From Paraspadella gotoi (lineage: Eukaryota; Animalia; Chaetognatha), in the NCBI GenBank assembly GCA_051294375.1, contig CM119265.1:21044555-21108554 (forward strand): a stretch of DNA of 64,000 nucleotides, in the 5' to 3' direction. The notes beneath the pieces are model-generated. The model did not search any database, was not told the origin of the DNA, and saw only the letters and a program-made list of their open reading frames with translations. Within the stretch, counting starts at the first letter, position 1; each line of letters opens with the position of its first letter. The position numbers were made by a program, and so were the translations under genes. This document shows, piece after piece, positions 11,714-23,319 of the stretch.

Positions 11714-14700
11714 TCAATTTTCACCATTCGTCGTCGCTAGTATCTGTGTCGAGCGCCTTGTGAAGGCTGTCTCGTTTGCTGCTGCATGGCTCGTTGCGAC
11801 AAACTGCTTCAACTTTTCCTTCTCGTTTAAAGACGTCGACACGGCGCCGCTGGTGGGGTTCGTGACTTCGGCGGCGTTGTCGAGGATCGAAGATGAGACC
11901 TTCCGCCAATTGCCGCTGCATGCCGCTGCACCGCCGCCATCTGGCTCTCTCCGCCCGATCCTCGTAGGCGACAGCACCGCCGCCCGCATTCTCTGTCGTC
12001 GATCGGGCGAGGAAATTCCGCCGCTCCGCCGCTCGATCACGCTCCTCGATCGCCGCAGTCGTTGCCTGCTGCTGTGTGACTGCATCGCGTCGTCTTTGGC
12101 GGCGGCCATTTTGCTTCTGCTCGCACACGGGCGACAGCGTCGGCTTCCGTCTTTGACAGCGGCGGCGGCAGCGGCGCGTCGGCCGCGCGGTCCGCGTCCC
12201 GGCGCCGCGTTTTCCGTGCGGCTCTTCCTCTCGTTTGCGGCGCCGGCGGCTCGGGATTTGGCGATAGTGAACCTGCTTCATCTTGATGGAATCCGTCGTA
12301 GATTTCTTCTCGTCGTCGTCGACCTTTTGGCGTCGCCAGCTACGATCCCGCCGGCGCTGGAACCTTCGGCGCTGGAAAACGTGTTCAGCTTTTTTTCGTC
12401 CGACCTTGCTCCTCGAAGGCTTCCGCAATCCTCGGCGCTCTCGGCGTGAAATTCTGGAAAGTCTCAGCGATCTTCGCTTAGTCGTTTCCATGACGACTGC
12501 GGAAGAGGCGTCGCACGCCCTCTCGCATTTTCTTTCGATGAGACGAGATTTTCTTAAGTCGGCGTGGACTTTAGCCGATTGATGTTCGTCAGATCCATGT
12601 TCTTTCGAATCGTTCCGGAGAGAAAAATCTTCTTCATCGGGGTCGTCGGGCATTGGGGTGGTTTTTCCTCGTCGCGAGACTTCCGGCCGCGGCGACGCCA
12701 TTTTGTTCGGTCTCCTCTGGCGCCGGAGGTGATCTTGAAGCGGCGTCGATGACGTCCATTGTGTCCAGATCGACGAATAGCGCCGTTTTCGCACCGCCGC
12801 CTTGCCAGAACCGACGGTAAATCTGAGAAACCCCCTTTACGACGTGGCGTTGTCCGGCCCGATGGTTATTCGCGCCGACGGGAGCTTCATGGCAATTTTA
12901 AGCAAAGGCGCGTTGGGGTCGGCGGTGGGTGCGCCGAGGCTGCGCATGATTGGGGCGTCGAAGTTGGAGGATTGAAATTTGGCGAGGCGTTGCCGAGTCC
13001 GGGTTGGTCTGAAGGGGCGTTACGGAGATGGACTTAGGGGGATTTGACGAGAGGTCGAGACGGCCGGCGTCGGTCGACGTCGCATCCGATTGACGTCGCC
13101 GGTTCGACCCTGAGCTTCGGCGATTCCATCCCGGTGAGGGGCGCAGTTGAAAGCGGCTTCGTTAGGGGCGCCACTGGTCTTGAATTTCCGCCACGAGTCG
13201 ACGTTTTTGGCCATTTCTTGGCGAGGATGGCAGCACATTTTTGAGCGCCACCGACTCCGCCGGCCCGAGAACTGATCTTCGTGGCGGCCATTGGCTGGGT
13301 GCGCCCTTCCTGTCTTTCTTCTGTGTGCCAACCTCGTCCGTTTCGCGGATTCGATCGGTCGAAACTTCGCCTCTAGTCGGGCGGCGGTTGAGTTTGCGCT
13401 CTTCGAGGGCGTCGCCGAACCGGATGGACCTTTGATCTCGCGGCGCCGGTTTCCGAGGCGGAAGATTTTCGAGATCGAGAGCCGGCTCTGGTCAATAGAG
13501 GTGCGTCTGAAGGATTCGACGAAGAATTTGGTGCAGAAAGGTGAACCAGAATTTGACGCAAAACTCGCGTTTCTTTCTGCGAATTGTCCTCTGAGTTCCC
13601 CGACATCGGTCCGTCGGTTTCGCAGCTGCTGCGTTGCCGGCTGCGGCGGAGGCGGCGGCCTTGGATCTGACGGTCGAACCCACGCTCTTGATCCCAGCGG
13701 CGTCGGACGAGCGGCGCAATTTCGACGGCCGATCTTCCTTGTTCGGTGGCCTCTTTCTCGGTGCACTCGGATCTCAGCTGTTTTGTCGTCCCGTGACGGA
13801 AGATCGAGGTGCGCGCGCGGTCCTGCCTCGTCAACCGCCTTTGTCGTCGGCGGCGGCGTCGGACGCGGCGGTCGACGGCTCCAGCGATCGTCATTCTCAG
13901 CGTCGGTTTCGACGTCATCAAGTGGACGATGCGATCGTGAGCGAGACGCGCGAACGCCGATGGCCGTGACGCGAAGGACGCGGCCGCCCTTTGATGTTGA
14001 CGTTGGAGGCGGGGGAGTTGGGATCGACGCAGGAGATGACGGGCTCCGTCCGAAAGTCTGCGCCGCCGCGGATGCTGCAGCCCAACCATACCGTCCGTTT
14101 TTTTCCTCGCGGACACTTCAACCTCCTTGACGGAGGAGGACGGCAGAGTCGCGCGGTGAGTGTCGCCGGTTCCCCGAGTCCCTCGTCGGCGCGAAAGCAC
14201 CACCAGCTCCACGGATTTGGTCGTCTGTGGAGATCCCGACTCGGGGGCCTCGGTGCGGCGGCCCTGCAGCATCCATACCACTTGGAGTGGATGAGCGTAT
14301 TTGTTCGTTGTCGTCGATCTTTAAGAGGCGGTCGCCGATTCGAAGGCCCTGTTATTGTTTTCAATCAAATGAAAAACCATATGATATTTATTATTAATAT
14401 AGTGTTCCTTGTAAAAAGGACCTATTTGCCGCGTATCCATCAACGTCGAGGTCGGTCACAGTAGGCGTGGACGCCCGAGTCCGCGCCTCCCCGGATGTAG
14501 AGCCGAGGCTCTGATTGGTCGATCGAGGACGCAGAGTCAGCGTCGCTATCATTGGCGGAGACGAGGCTTGCCCGCGCCGGGATGCGCCATCTCTTGTCGA
14601 GGTCTGGCGGCGGCCCGATGGTGTGGCGTGCCGACCCTGGGTGAAGACTGACCTCGATCCGTGCCTTGTCGGCTTGAGGGATGTCTCGGGCGACCGGTTG

Positions 14701-14769
14701 CCGACGACGTGCCGTCTTGGCCGAAGGGCGATTCCGACCCGACCTTTCTCGAACTGAGGATTGGGACAT
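11714..14769 (-). pseudogene. Frameshifted copy of the tandem-PDZ gene
   Basis: Reverse complement of 20237-23319 with many 1-bp indels. ORF fragments MSQSSVRERSGRNRPSA, MVWMLQGRRTEAPESGSPQTTKSVELVV and ILDNAAEVTNPTSGAVSTSLNEKEKLKQF. Confidence 0.75.
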
Positions 14770-14977
14770 GTCACTTTTGCTATTATCAACTTATTTTTTG
14801 TGGGTAAATATCGACCTTTTATCCTCGAAATATGTATTCATTTTTTGTCATTCCAGAAGATCAGAGTCGCAATATTCTAAGTTCTTTTTTTTTGCGAGTC
14901 TCTGCAAAATGTGGGGCAGGAGGACGAGATTTTTTGAAGTCGCCACCAAAAGAAATTTCGGGAAGTTAAATTCGAAA

Positions 14978-15266
14978 AGAATGACATCAATTGAGCGCGA
15001 TGACAAAGAATGACATCATTAGAGCGGGATTGACATAAAGAATGACTATCATTAGAGCGGATGACAAAAGAATGACATCATTAGAGCGGATGACAAAGAA
15101 TGACATCATATAGAGCGGATGACAAGAGAATGACATCATTAGAGCGGATGACAAACAAGAATGAAATCATTAGAGCGGATGACGAGAATGACATCATTAG
15201 AGCGGATGACAAAAGAATGCCTCATTAGAGCGGATGACAAAAGAGAATCATTAGAGCGGATGACAA
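14978..15266 (+). repeat. ~29-bp minisatellite, copy 2
   Basis: Same unit, about 10 repeats. Confidence 0.9.
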
Positions 15267-16110
15267 ACATTAAGGATTGACTCGAGGGGGGAGAATTTTT
15301 TTTTTTCAATTATTTTTTTGGGGAGGGGGTTATTTTTTTAACAATGAATTAATTATTTCAAAATCTAAATTTATTATCGGGGCCTTATGTTATGGAAGCG
15401 ACGAAATATAAGGATATGACATATTAAGTACATAATACACTTTTAAATTTGAATGATTTATATACCGTAGAATGTGAACTTATCAGATAACAATTAGTGA
15501 TGAATTAACTCGGAAGATTCCTCGCAAAGAAAGATCTCCTGACCGAAACCGAGAGACACCGACCCAAAGAAAAGTTGAGAACCTTTTTTCCGAGACGCAG
15601 AAAATTAGGTTTTGTTTGAGAAAGAGGAAGTTTCGCGGACTCGACGCAGATAGAGAAAAAAATTTTTTTTTTTTGGAAAAAACCGCAAAAAAAATGGAAA
15701 AAAAGGTTTGCAAAAAAAAAAAATAAAATTGTCGTTCAACTCGAAAAAGATTCGGATCTTTAGTGGAGATCGTTAATTGACGGAGAGAACACTGTCAAAA
15801 AATCATCTCCGTATATTTTGGTCTTTACGAAAACCGCGCCGAACGGAATGACGTAAAGCAATTGGCCCTTGCAAAAACGCAAATTAGACTGGAGGCCAAT
15901 GAGGCCCTCGCCAGGGTTTTGAGCCTTTCCCCAAGATCGGGATTTTTTTTAAATAAAAACGAAATATTTAAATCTCTAATTTCTCTTTTGTGTCGTGACG
16001 TCGAGTCTTCCCAGGTTTTGCCTTCGATTCGCCTTCGAAAATTTTCAGGTGTTGAGAAAATTCGCGGAAGGATGGAAACAAATTCAACTCTGAAAACCGA
16101 TGCATCTCTC

Positions 16111-16142
<32 letters not shown>

Positions 16143-16450
16143 TTCTCTCTCTCTCTGAGGTAAAGGTGAAAAAGTTTTGTCTTGAGTTGAACTCAGGATC
16201 TTGGAAGGTTGGGCTTTGAATTTGAAAACTATTAAATCTAAAGTATTCGTGTTCAATATGTAATTATGTTAGTGGAGGGGGTCGAGATAAAATGGCGAAC
16301 AAAATGGAGATGAATCGATTATTGATTATCTTAAACGATCAACGTTGATTATTAATTCGTCCGGTGGTCGAAAAGTCAAACCAATGATATTGTGATTAAG
16401 TCAACAGAGAGAGAGAAAGAGAGAGAGAGAGTGAGAGATAGAGAGAGAGA

Positions 16451-16491
<41 letters not shown>

Positions 16492-16505
16492 AGGAGAGAG
16501 AGAGT

Positions 16506-16540
<35 letters not shown>

Positions 16541-17528
16541 CGAAATCATTTGCCAAAAAATATTTCACAAGTTTTTTCTTTTCTTTTTCTTTTTCTTTTT
16601 TTTTCTTTTTTCTTTTTTTTTTTTAGCTACTGTTTCTCATTATTCACTTGTTCCTTGTTTCCTCGTCGCTTGTGCGCGGGTTCCGGCGCGGTAAGTATCG
16701 TCTCGGGGGTTCGCTCTCGCCGCGTCTCTCCTTCCGAAAGTTTTTCCGCGCGAGGTGAAGTTTTGGCTTCGTCACGACCGCGATAGTCGAAGGAGAGAGA
16801 GAGAAGAGACTGTAGACGATTGGAGCGGCAGAGGAGGAAAGAGAGACGGAGGAGCGAGAGAGAGAGACGAGAGAGGAGAGAGAGAGAGAGGGAGAGAGAG
16901 AGAAAGGAGAGACAGACAGAGTGAGGATAACAAAAAAAGTTTTTTTACCGAATTAAAGAGAAGGGAAAAAATTTTCAGCGACAAACGTGACGATGACGTA
17001 AAATGACGATGTCGACGACGAGGATGACGACGACGACACGACGACGTGACGACGACGCCAAAGGCAAAGAACTGAAAATTAAAGAGGGCGAAAGGAGTTT
17101 TCACTTTAACTTCTTATTAGACTCATGATTAACGTCGTTTTTCCATTTTCCATCGCCTTTTATTCTTCTCTTTCTTTTTTTTTCTTTCTTTCTCTCCTAT
17201 TCTATTGTCTGTCTTTACTTTCATATTCTATCCTATTATATTTCAACTTCTCTCTTTCCCTTCTCCAAACCCTCTATCTGCTCTCTTTCCCTTCTCCCAA
17301 ACCTCTCTATCTCCTCTCTTTCCCTTCGCTAAAACCCCTCTATCTCCCTCTCGTCCTCCCTCTCCCCGCTTTTCCACCCCCACTCCCCGCCTCAACCTCA
17401 CGTTCGCGCTCTCGGTTCCGAAATTCCCAGGTAAAACCTAAAGTTAGACGATCGAGTTTTTCAACACCCAAGACTCTCTAATTGAAAACCTCCCGCGTGC
17501 ACTCAATCTCTCTCTCTCTCTCTATCTC

Positions 17529-17599
<71 letters not shown>

Positions 17600-18178
17600 T
17601 CTCTTCCCACCGCTTGCAAGAAGAAAGATATGGATAACGCGAGGCGCGATGAGAGGAGNNNNNNNNNNNNNNNNNNNNNNNNNGAGAGGAGATAGAGAGG
17701 TTTGGAACTTTGGAGAAGGGAAAGAGAGGAGATAGAGAGGTTTGGAGAAGGGAAAGAGAGGAGATAAAGAGGTTTGGAGAAGGGAAAGAGAGAAGTCGAA
17801 AATATAATAGGATAGAATATGAAAGAGAAAAAGACAGAAATAGAAATAGGAGAGAAAGAAAAAAAAAGAAAGAAAGAGAAAAAGGCGATGAAAATGGAAA
17901 AACGACGTTAATCATGAGTCTTAATAAGAAGTTAAAGTTGAAAACTCCTTCGCCCTCTTTAATTTTCAGTTCTTTGCCTTTGGCGTCGTCGTCAACGTCG
18001 TCGTTGTCGTCGTCGTCATCTTCGTCGTCGACATCGTCATTTACGTCATCGTCACGTTTGTCGCTGAAATTTTTTCCTTCTCTTTAATTTCGGCTAAATA
18101 TATATAAAACTTCTTCTATATCCCTCACTCTGTCTGTCTCTTCACTTTCTCTCTTCTCTCCTCTCTCTCTTCTCTCTC

Positions 18179-18221
<43 letters not shown>

Positions 18222-18510
18222 TCTCTCTCTCTTCTCTCTCTCTCTCCTTCTCTATCGCCGTGACGAAGCCCAAAAACTCACCTTCGGCGGACAAAAAAAA
18301 CTTTCGGAAGGAGATGCAGTCGGCGAGAGCGAACTTACCCGAGACGACACTTACCTCGCGGAACCGGCACAAGCGACGAGGAAAAAGGAAACAAGTGAAT
18401 GAATGAGGAAACAGTAGCTAAAAAAAAAGAAAAAAAAAAAAAGGAAAAAGAAAAAAGAAAAAAAAAGAGATAAAGCTTGTGAAATATTTTTTGGCAAATG
18501 GATTCGCAAG

Positions 18511-18546
<36 letters not shown>

Positions 18547-18901
18547 ACTCTCATACTCGTCCTCTCTTCTCTCTCTCTCTCTCTCTGCTCTCCCTCTCTT
18601 CTCTCTCACCTCTCTCCTCTATCTCTCACTCTCTCTCTCTCTTTCTTCTTTCTCTGTTGACTTATTCAACAATTATCATTGGTTTGACTTTTCGGACCAC
18701 CGGACGAATTAATAATCAACGTTGATCGTTTAAGATAATCAATAAATCGATTCATCTCATTTTGTTCGCCATTTTTATCTCGACCACCTCCACTATACAT
18801 AATTACATATTGAACACGAATACTTTAGAATTAATTAGTTTTCAAATTCAAAGCCAAACCTTCCAAGATCCGAGTTCAACTTCAAGACAAACTTTTTCAC
18901 C

Positions 18902-18958
<57 letters not shown>

Positions 18959-19793
18959 TCGGTTTATCAAGAGTTGAATTTGTTTCCATCCTTCCGCGAA
19001 TTTCTCAACACCTGAAAATTTTCGAAGGCGAATCGAAGGGCAAAACCTGGGAAGACTCGACGTCACGACACAAAAGAGAAATTAGAGATTTAAATATTTC
19101 GTTTTTATTTAAAAAAAATCCCGATCTTGGGAAAGGCTCAAAAACCCTGGCGAGGCCTCATTGGCCTCCAGTCTAATTTGCGGTTTTTGCAAAGGCCAAT
19201 TGCTTTGCGTCATTCCGTTCGCGCGGTTTTCGTAAAGACCAAAATATACGGAGATGATTTTTTGACGAGTGTTCTCTCCGTCAATTAACGAATCTCCACT
19301 AAAGATCCGAATCTTTTTCGAGTTGAACGACAATTTATTTTTTTTTTTGCAAACCTTTTTTCCATTTTTTTTGCGGTTTTTTCAAAAAAATTTTTTTCTC
19401 TATCTGCGTTCGAGTCCGCGAAACTTCCTCTTTCTCAAACAAAACCTAATTTTCTGCGTCTCGGAAAAAAGGTTTTCAACTTTTTTTTTGGGGTCGGTGT
19501 CTCTCGGTTTTCGGTCAGGACTATCCTTTGGCTTTGCGAGGAATCTTCGAGTTAAATTCATCACTAATTGTTATCTGATAAGTTCACATTCTACGGTATA
19601 AAATCAATTCAAATTTAAAAGTGTATTATGTACTTAATATGTCATATCCTTATATTTCGTCGCTTCATAACATAAGGCCCCGATATAAATTTAGATTTTT
19701 GAAATAATTAATTCATTGTTAAAAAATAACCCCCTCCCCAAAAAAAATAATTGAAAAAAAAAAATTCTCCCCCCTCGAGTCAATCCTTAATGT

Positions 19794-20028
19794 TTGTCAT
19801 CCGCTCTAATGATGTCATTCTTTTGTCATCCGCCTCTGAATGATGGCATTCTTTTGTCATCCGCTCTAATGATGTCATTCTCTTGCTCATCCGCTCTAAT
19901 GATGTCATTCTTTTCATCCGTCTAATAGATGTCATTCTCTTGTCATCCGCTCTAATGATAGTTCATTCTTTGTCATCCGCTCTAATGATGTCATTCTTTT
20001 GTCATCCGCTCAATTGATGTCATTCTTT
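19794..20028 (-). repeat. ~29-bp minisatellite, copy 3, ~210 bp upstream of the PDZ gene ATG
   Basis: Reverse-complement units TTTTGTCATCCGCTCTAATGATGTCATTC. Confidence 0.9.
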
Positions 20029-20236
20029 TCGAATTTAACTTCCCGAAATTTCTTTTTGGTGGCGACTTCAAAAAATCTCGTCCTCCTGCGCCACATTTTG
20101 CAGAGACTCGCAAAAAAAAAGAACTTGGAATATTCGAACTCTGATCTTCTGGAATGACAAAAAAATGAATACATATTTCGAGGATAAAAGGACGATAATT
20201 ACCGACAAAAAATAAGTTGATAATCGCAAAAGTGAC

Positions 20237-23200
20237 ATGTCCCAATCCTCAGTTCGAGAAAGGTCGGGTCGGAATCGCCCTTCGGCCCAAGACGGCACGT
20301 CGTCGGCAACCGGTCGCCCGACGACATCCTCAAGCCGACAAGGCACGGATCGAGGTCAGTCTTCACCCAGGGTCGGCACGGCACACCCATCGGGCCGCCG
20401 CCAGACCTCGACAAGAGATGGCGCATCCCGGCGCGGGCAAGCCTCGTCTCCGCCAATGATAGAGCGACGCGTGACTCTGCGTCCTCGATCGACCAATCAG
20501 AGCCTCGGACTCTACATCCGGGGAGGCGCGGACTCGGCGTCCACGCCTACTGTGACCGACCTCGACGTTGATGGATACGCGGCAAATCAGGTCCTTTTTA
20601 CTAGGAACACTATTTAATAATAAATATCATATGGTAACCAATTTTTTGATGAAAACAATAACAGGGCCTTCGAATCGGCGACCGCCTCTTAAAGATCGAC
20701 GAGCAACGAACAAATACGCTCATCCACTCCCAAGTTGTATGGATGCTGCAGGGCCGCCGCACCGAGGCCCCCGAGTCGGGATCTCCACAGACGACCAAAT
20801 CCGTGGAGCTGGTGGTGCTTCGCGCCGACGAGGGACTCGGGGAACCGGCGACACTCACCGCGCCGACTCTGCCGTCCTCCTCCGTCAAGGAGGTTGAAGT
20901 GTCCGCGGAGACGGACGGATGGTTGGGCTGCAGCATCCGCGGCGGCGCAGACTTCGGGACGGAGCCCGTCATCTCCTGCGTCGATCCCAACTCCCCCGCC
21001 TCCAACGTCAACATCAAAAAGGGCGACCGCGTCCTTCGCGTCCACGGCATCGACGTCGCGCGTCTCGCTCACGATCGCATCGTCCACTTGATGACGTCGA
21101 AACCGACGCTGAGAATGACGATCGCTGGAGCGTCGACCGCCGCGTCGACGCCGCCGCCGACGACGAAGGCGGTGACGAGGCAGCGACCGCGGCGCACCTC
21201 GGAATCTTCCGTCAACGGGACGAGCAAAACAGCGGAGATCCGAGTGCCCGAGAAAGAGGCCACCGAACAAGGAAGATCGGCCGTCGAAATTGCGCCGCCT
21301 CGTCCGACGCCGCTGGGATCAAGAGGCGTGGGTTCGACCGTCAGATCCAAGGCCGCCGCCTCCGCCGCAGCCGGCAACGCAGCAGCTGCGAAACCGACGG
21401 AACCGATGTCGGAACTGCAGAGGAAATTCGCAGAAAGAAACGCGAGTTTTGCGTCAAATTCTGGTTCACCTTCTGCACCAAATTCTTCGTCGAATCCTTC
21501 AGACGCACCTCCTATTGACAGAGCCGGCTCTCGATCTCGAAAATCTTCCGCCTCGGAAACCGGCGCCGCGAGATCAAAGGTCCAATCCGGTTCGGCGACG
21601 CCGTCGAAGACGCAACCAACGCCGTCGACCAGAGGCGAAGTTTCGACGATCGAATCCGCGAAAACGGACGAAGTTGCACAACAGAAGAAGAGACAGGAAG
21701 GGCGCACCCAGCCAATGGCCGCCACGAAGATCAGTTCTCGGGCCGCGGAGTCAGTGGCGCCTCAAAATGTTCTGCCATCCTCGCCAAGAAATGGCCAAAA
21801 AACGTCGACTCGTGGCGGAAATCAAGACAGTGGCGCCCCTAACGAAGCCGCTTTCAAACTGCGCCCCCTCACCGTGATGGAATCGCCCGAAAGCTCAGAG
21901 TCGAACGGCGACGTCAACTCGGATGCGACGTCGACCGACGCCGGCCCGTCTCGACCCTCTCGTCCAAATCCTCCTAAGTCCGTCTCCGTAACGCCCCTTC
22001 AGACCAACCCGGACTCGGTCTCCAACCGCCTCGCCAAATTTCAATCCTCCAACTTCGACGCCCCAATCATGCGCAGCCTCGGCGCACCCACCGCCGACCC
22101 CAACGCGCCTTTGCTTAAAATTGCCATGAAGCTCCCGTCGGCGCGAATAACCATCGGGCCGGACAACGCCACCGTCGGTAAAGGGGGTTTCTCAGGATTT
22201 ACCGTCGGTTCTGGCAAGGCGGCGGTGCCGAAAACCGGCGCTATTCGTCGATCTGACACAATGGACGTCATCGACGCCGCTCAAGAATCACATCTGGCGC
22301 CAGAGGAGACCGAACAAAATGGCGTCGCCGCGGCCGGAAGTCTCGGCGACGAGGAAAACCACCCCAATCGCCCGACGACGCCGATGAAGAAGATTCTCTC
22401 CGGAACGATTCGAAAGAACATGGATCTGACGAACAAATCAATCGGGCTCAAGTCCCACGCCGACTTTAAGAACAATCTCGTCCTCATCGAAAAGAAAATG
22501 CGAGAGGGGCGTGGCGACGCCTCTTCCGCAGTCGTCATGGAAACGACTAAGCGAATGATCGCTGAGACTTTTCCAGACATTTCCGCCGAGAGCGCCGAGG
22601 ATTTGCGGAAAGCCTTCGAGGAGGCAAGGTCGGACGAAAAAAAGCTGAACACGTTTTCCAGCGCCGAAGGTTCCAGCGCCGCGGGATCGGTAGCTGGCGA
22701 CGCCAAAAGGTCGACGACGACGACGAAGAAATCTACGACGGATTCCATCAAGATGAAGCAGGTTCACTTCGCCAAATCCCGAGCCGCCGGCGCCGCAAAC
22801 GCAGAGAAGAGCCGCAACGGAAAACGCGGCGCCGGACGCGGGACGCGCGGCCGACGCGCCGCTGCCGCCGCCGCTGTCAAAGACTGGAAGCCGACGCTGT
22901 CGCCCGTGTGCGAGCAGAAGCAAATGGCCGCCGCCAAAGACGACGCGATGCAGCAACAGCAGCAGCAACGACTGCGGCGATCGAGGAGCGTGGATCGAGC
23001 GGCGGAGCGGCGGAATTCCTCGCCCGATCGACGACAGAGAATGCGGGCGGCGGTGCTGTCGCCTACGAGGATCGGGCGGGAGAGAGCCAGAGGCGGCGGT
23101 TGCAGCGGCAGCAGCGGCATTGGCGGAGGTCTCAATTCTTCGATCCTCGACAACGCCGCCGAAGTCACGAACCCCACCAGCGGCGCCGTGTCGACGTCTT

Positions 23201-23319
23201 TAAACGAGAAGGAAAAGTTGAAGCAGTTTGTCGCACGAGCCATGCAGCAGCAAACGAGGACAGCCTTTCACAAGGCGCTCGACACAGATACTAGCGACGA
23301 CGAAATTGGTGAAAATTGA
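20237..23319 (+). CDS. Tandem-PDZ scaffold protein, harmonin/whirlin/PDZD7-like; exons 20237-20590 and 20665-23319, ~1002 aa
   Basis: Removing the GT..AG intron 20591-20664 (phase 0) joins ORF 20237 in frame to ORF 20743-23319 through 26 extra codons. This rebuilds PDZ1 (RRVTLRPRSTNQSLGLYIRGG...AANQ|GLRIGDRLLKID...IHSQVVWML) ahead of PDZ2 (KEVEVSAETDGWLGCSIRGGADFG..PVISCVDPNSPA..IKKGDRVLRVHG..HDRIVHLM). The LG(L/C)xIRGG loops resemble the USH PDZ family. A long S/T/A/R-rich tail follows, with AATAAA at ~23536. Confidence 0.85.

Noticed and set aside
20610-23294. Antisense and alternative-frame ORFs over the PDZ gene (and likewise over the MCT gene)
   Set aside because: Shadow ORFs expected from GC-rich, stop-poor coding DNA; no domain signatures.
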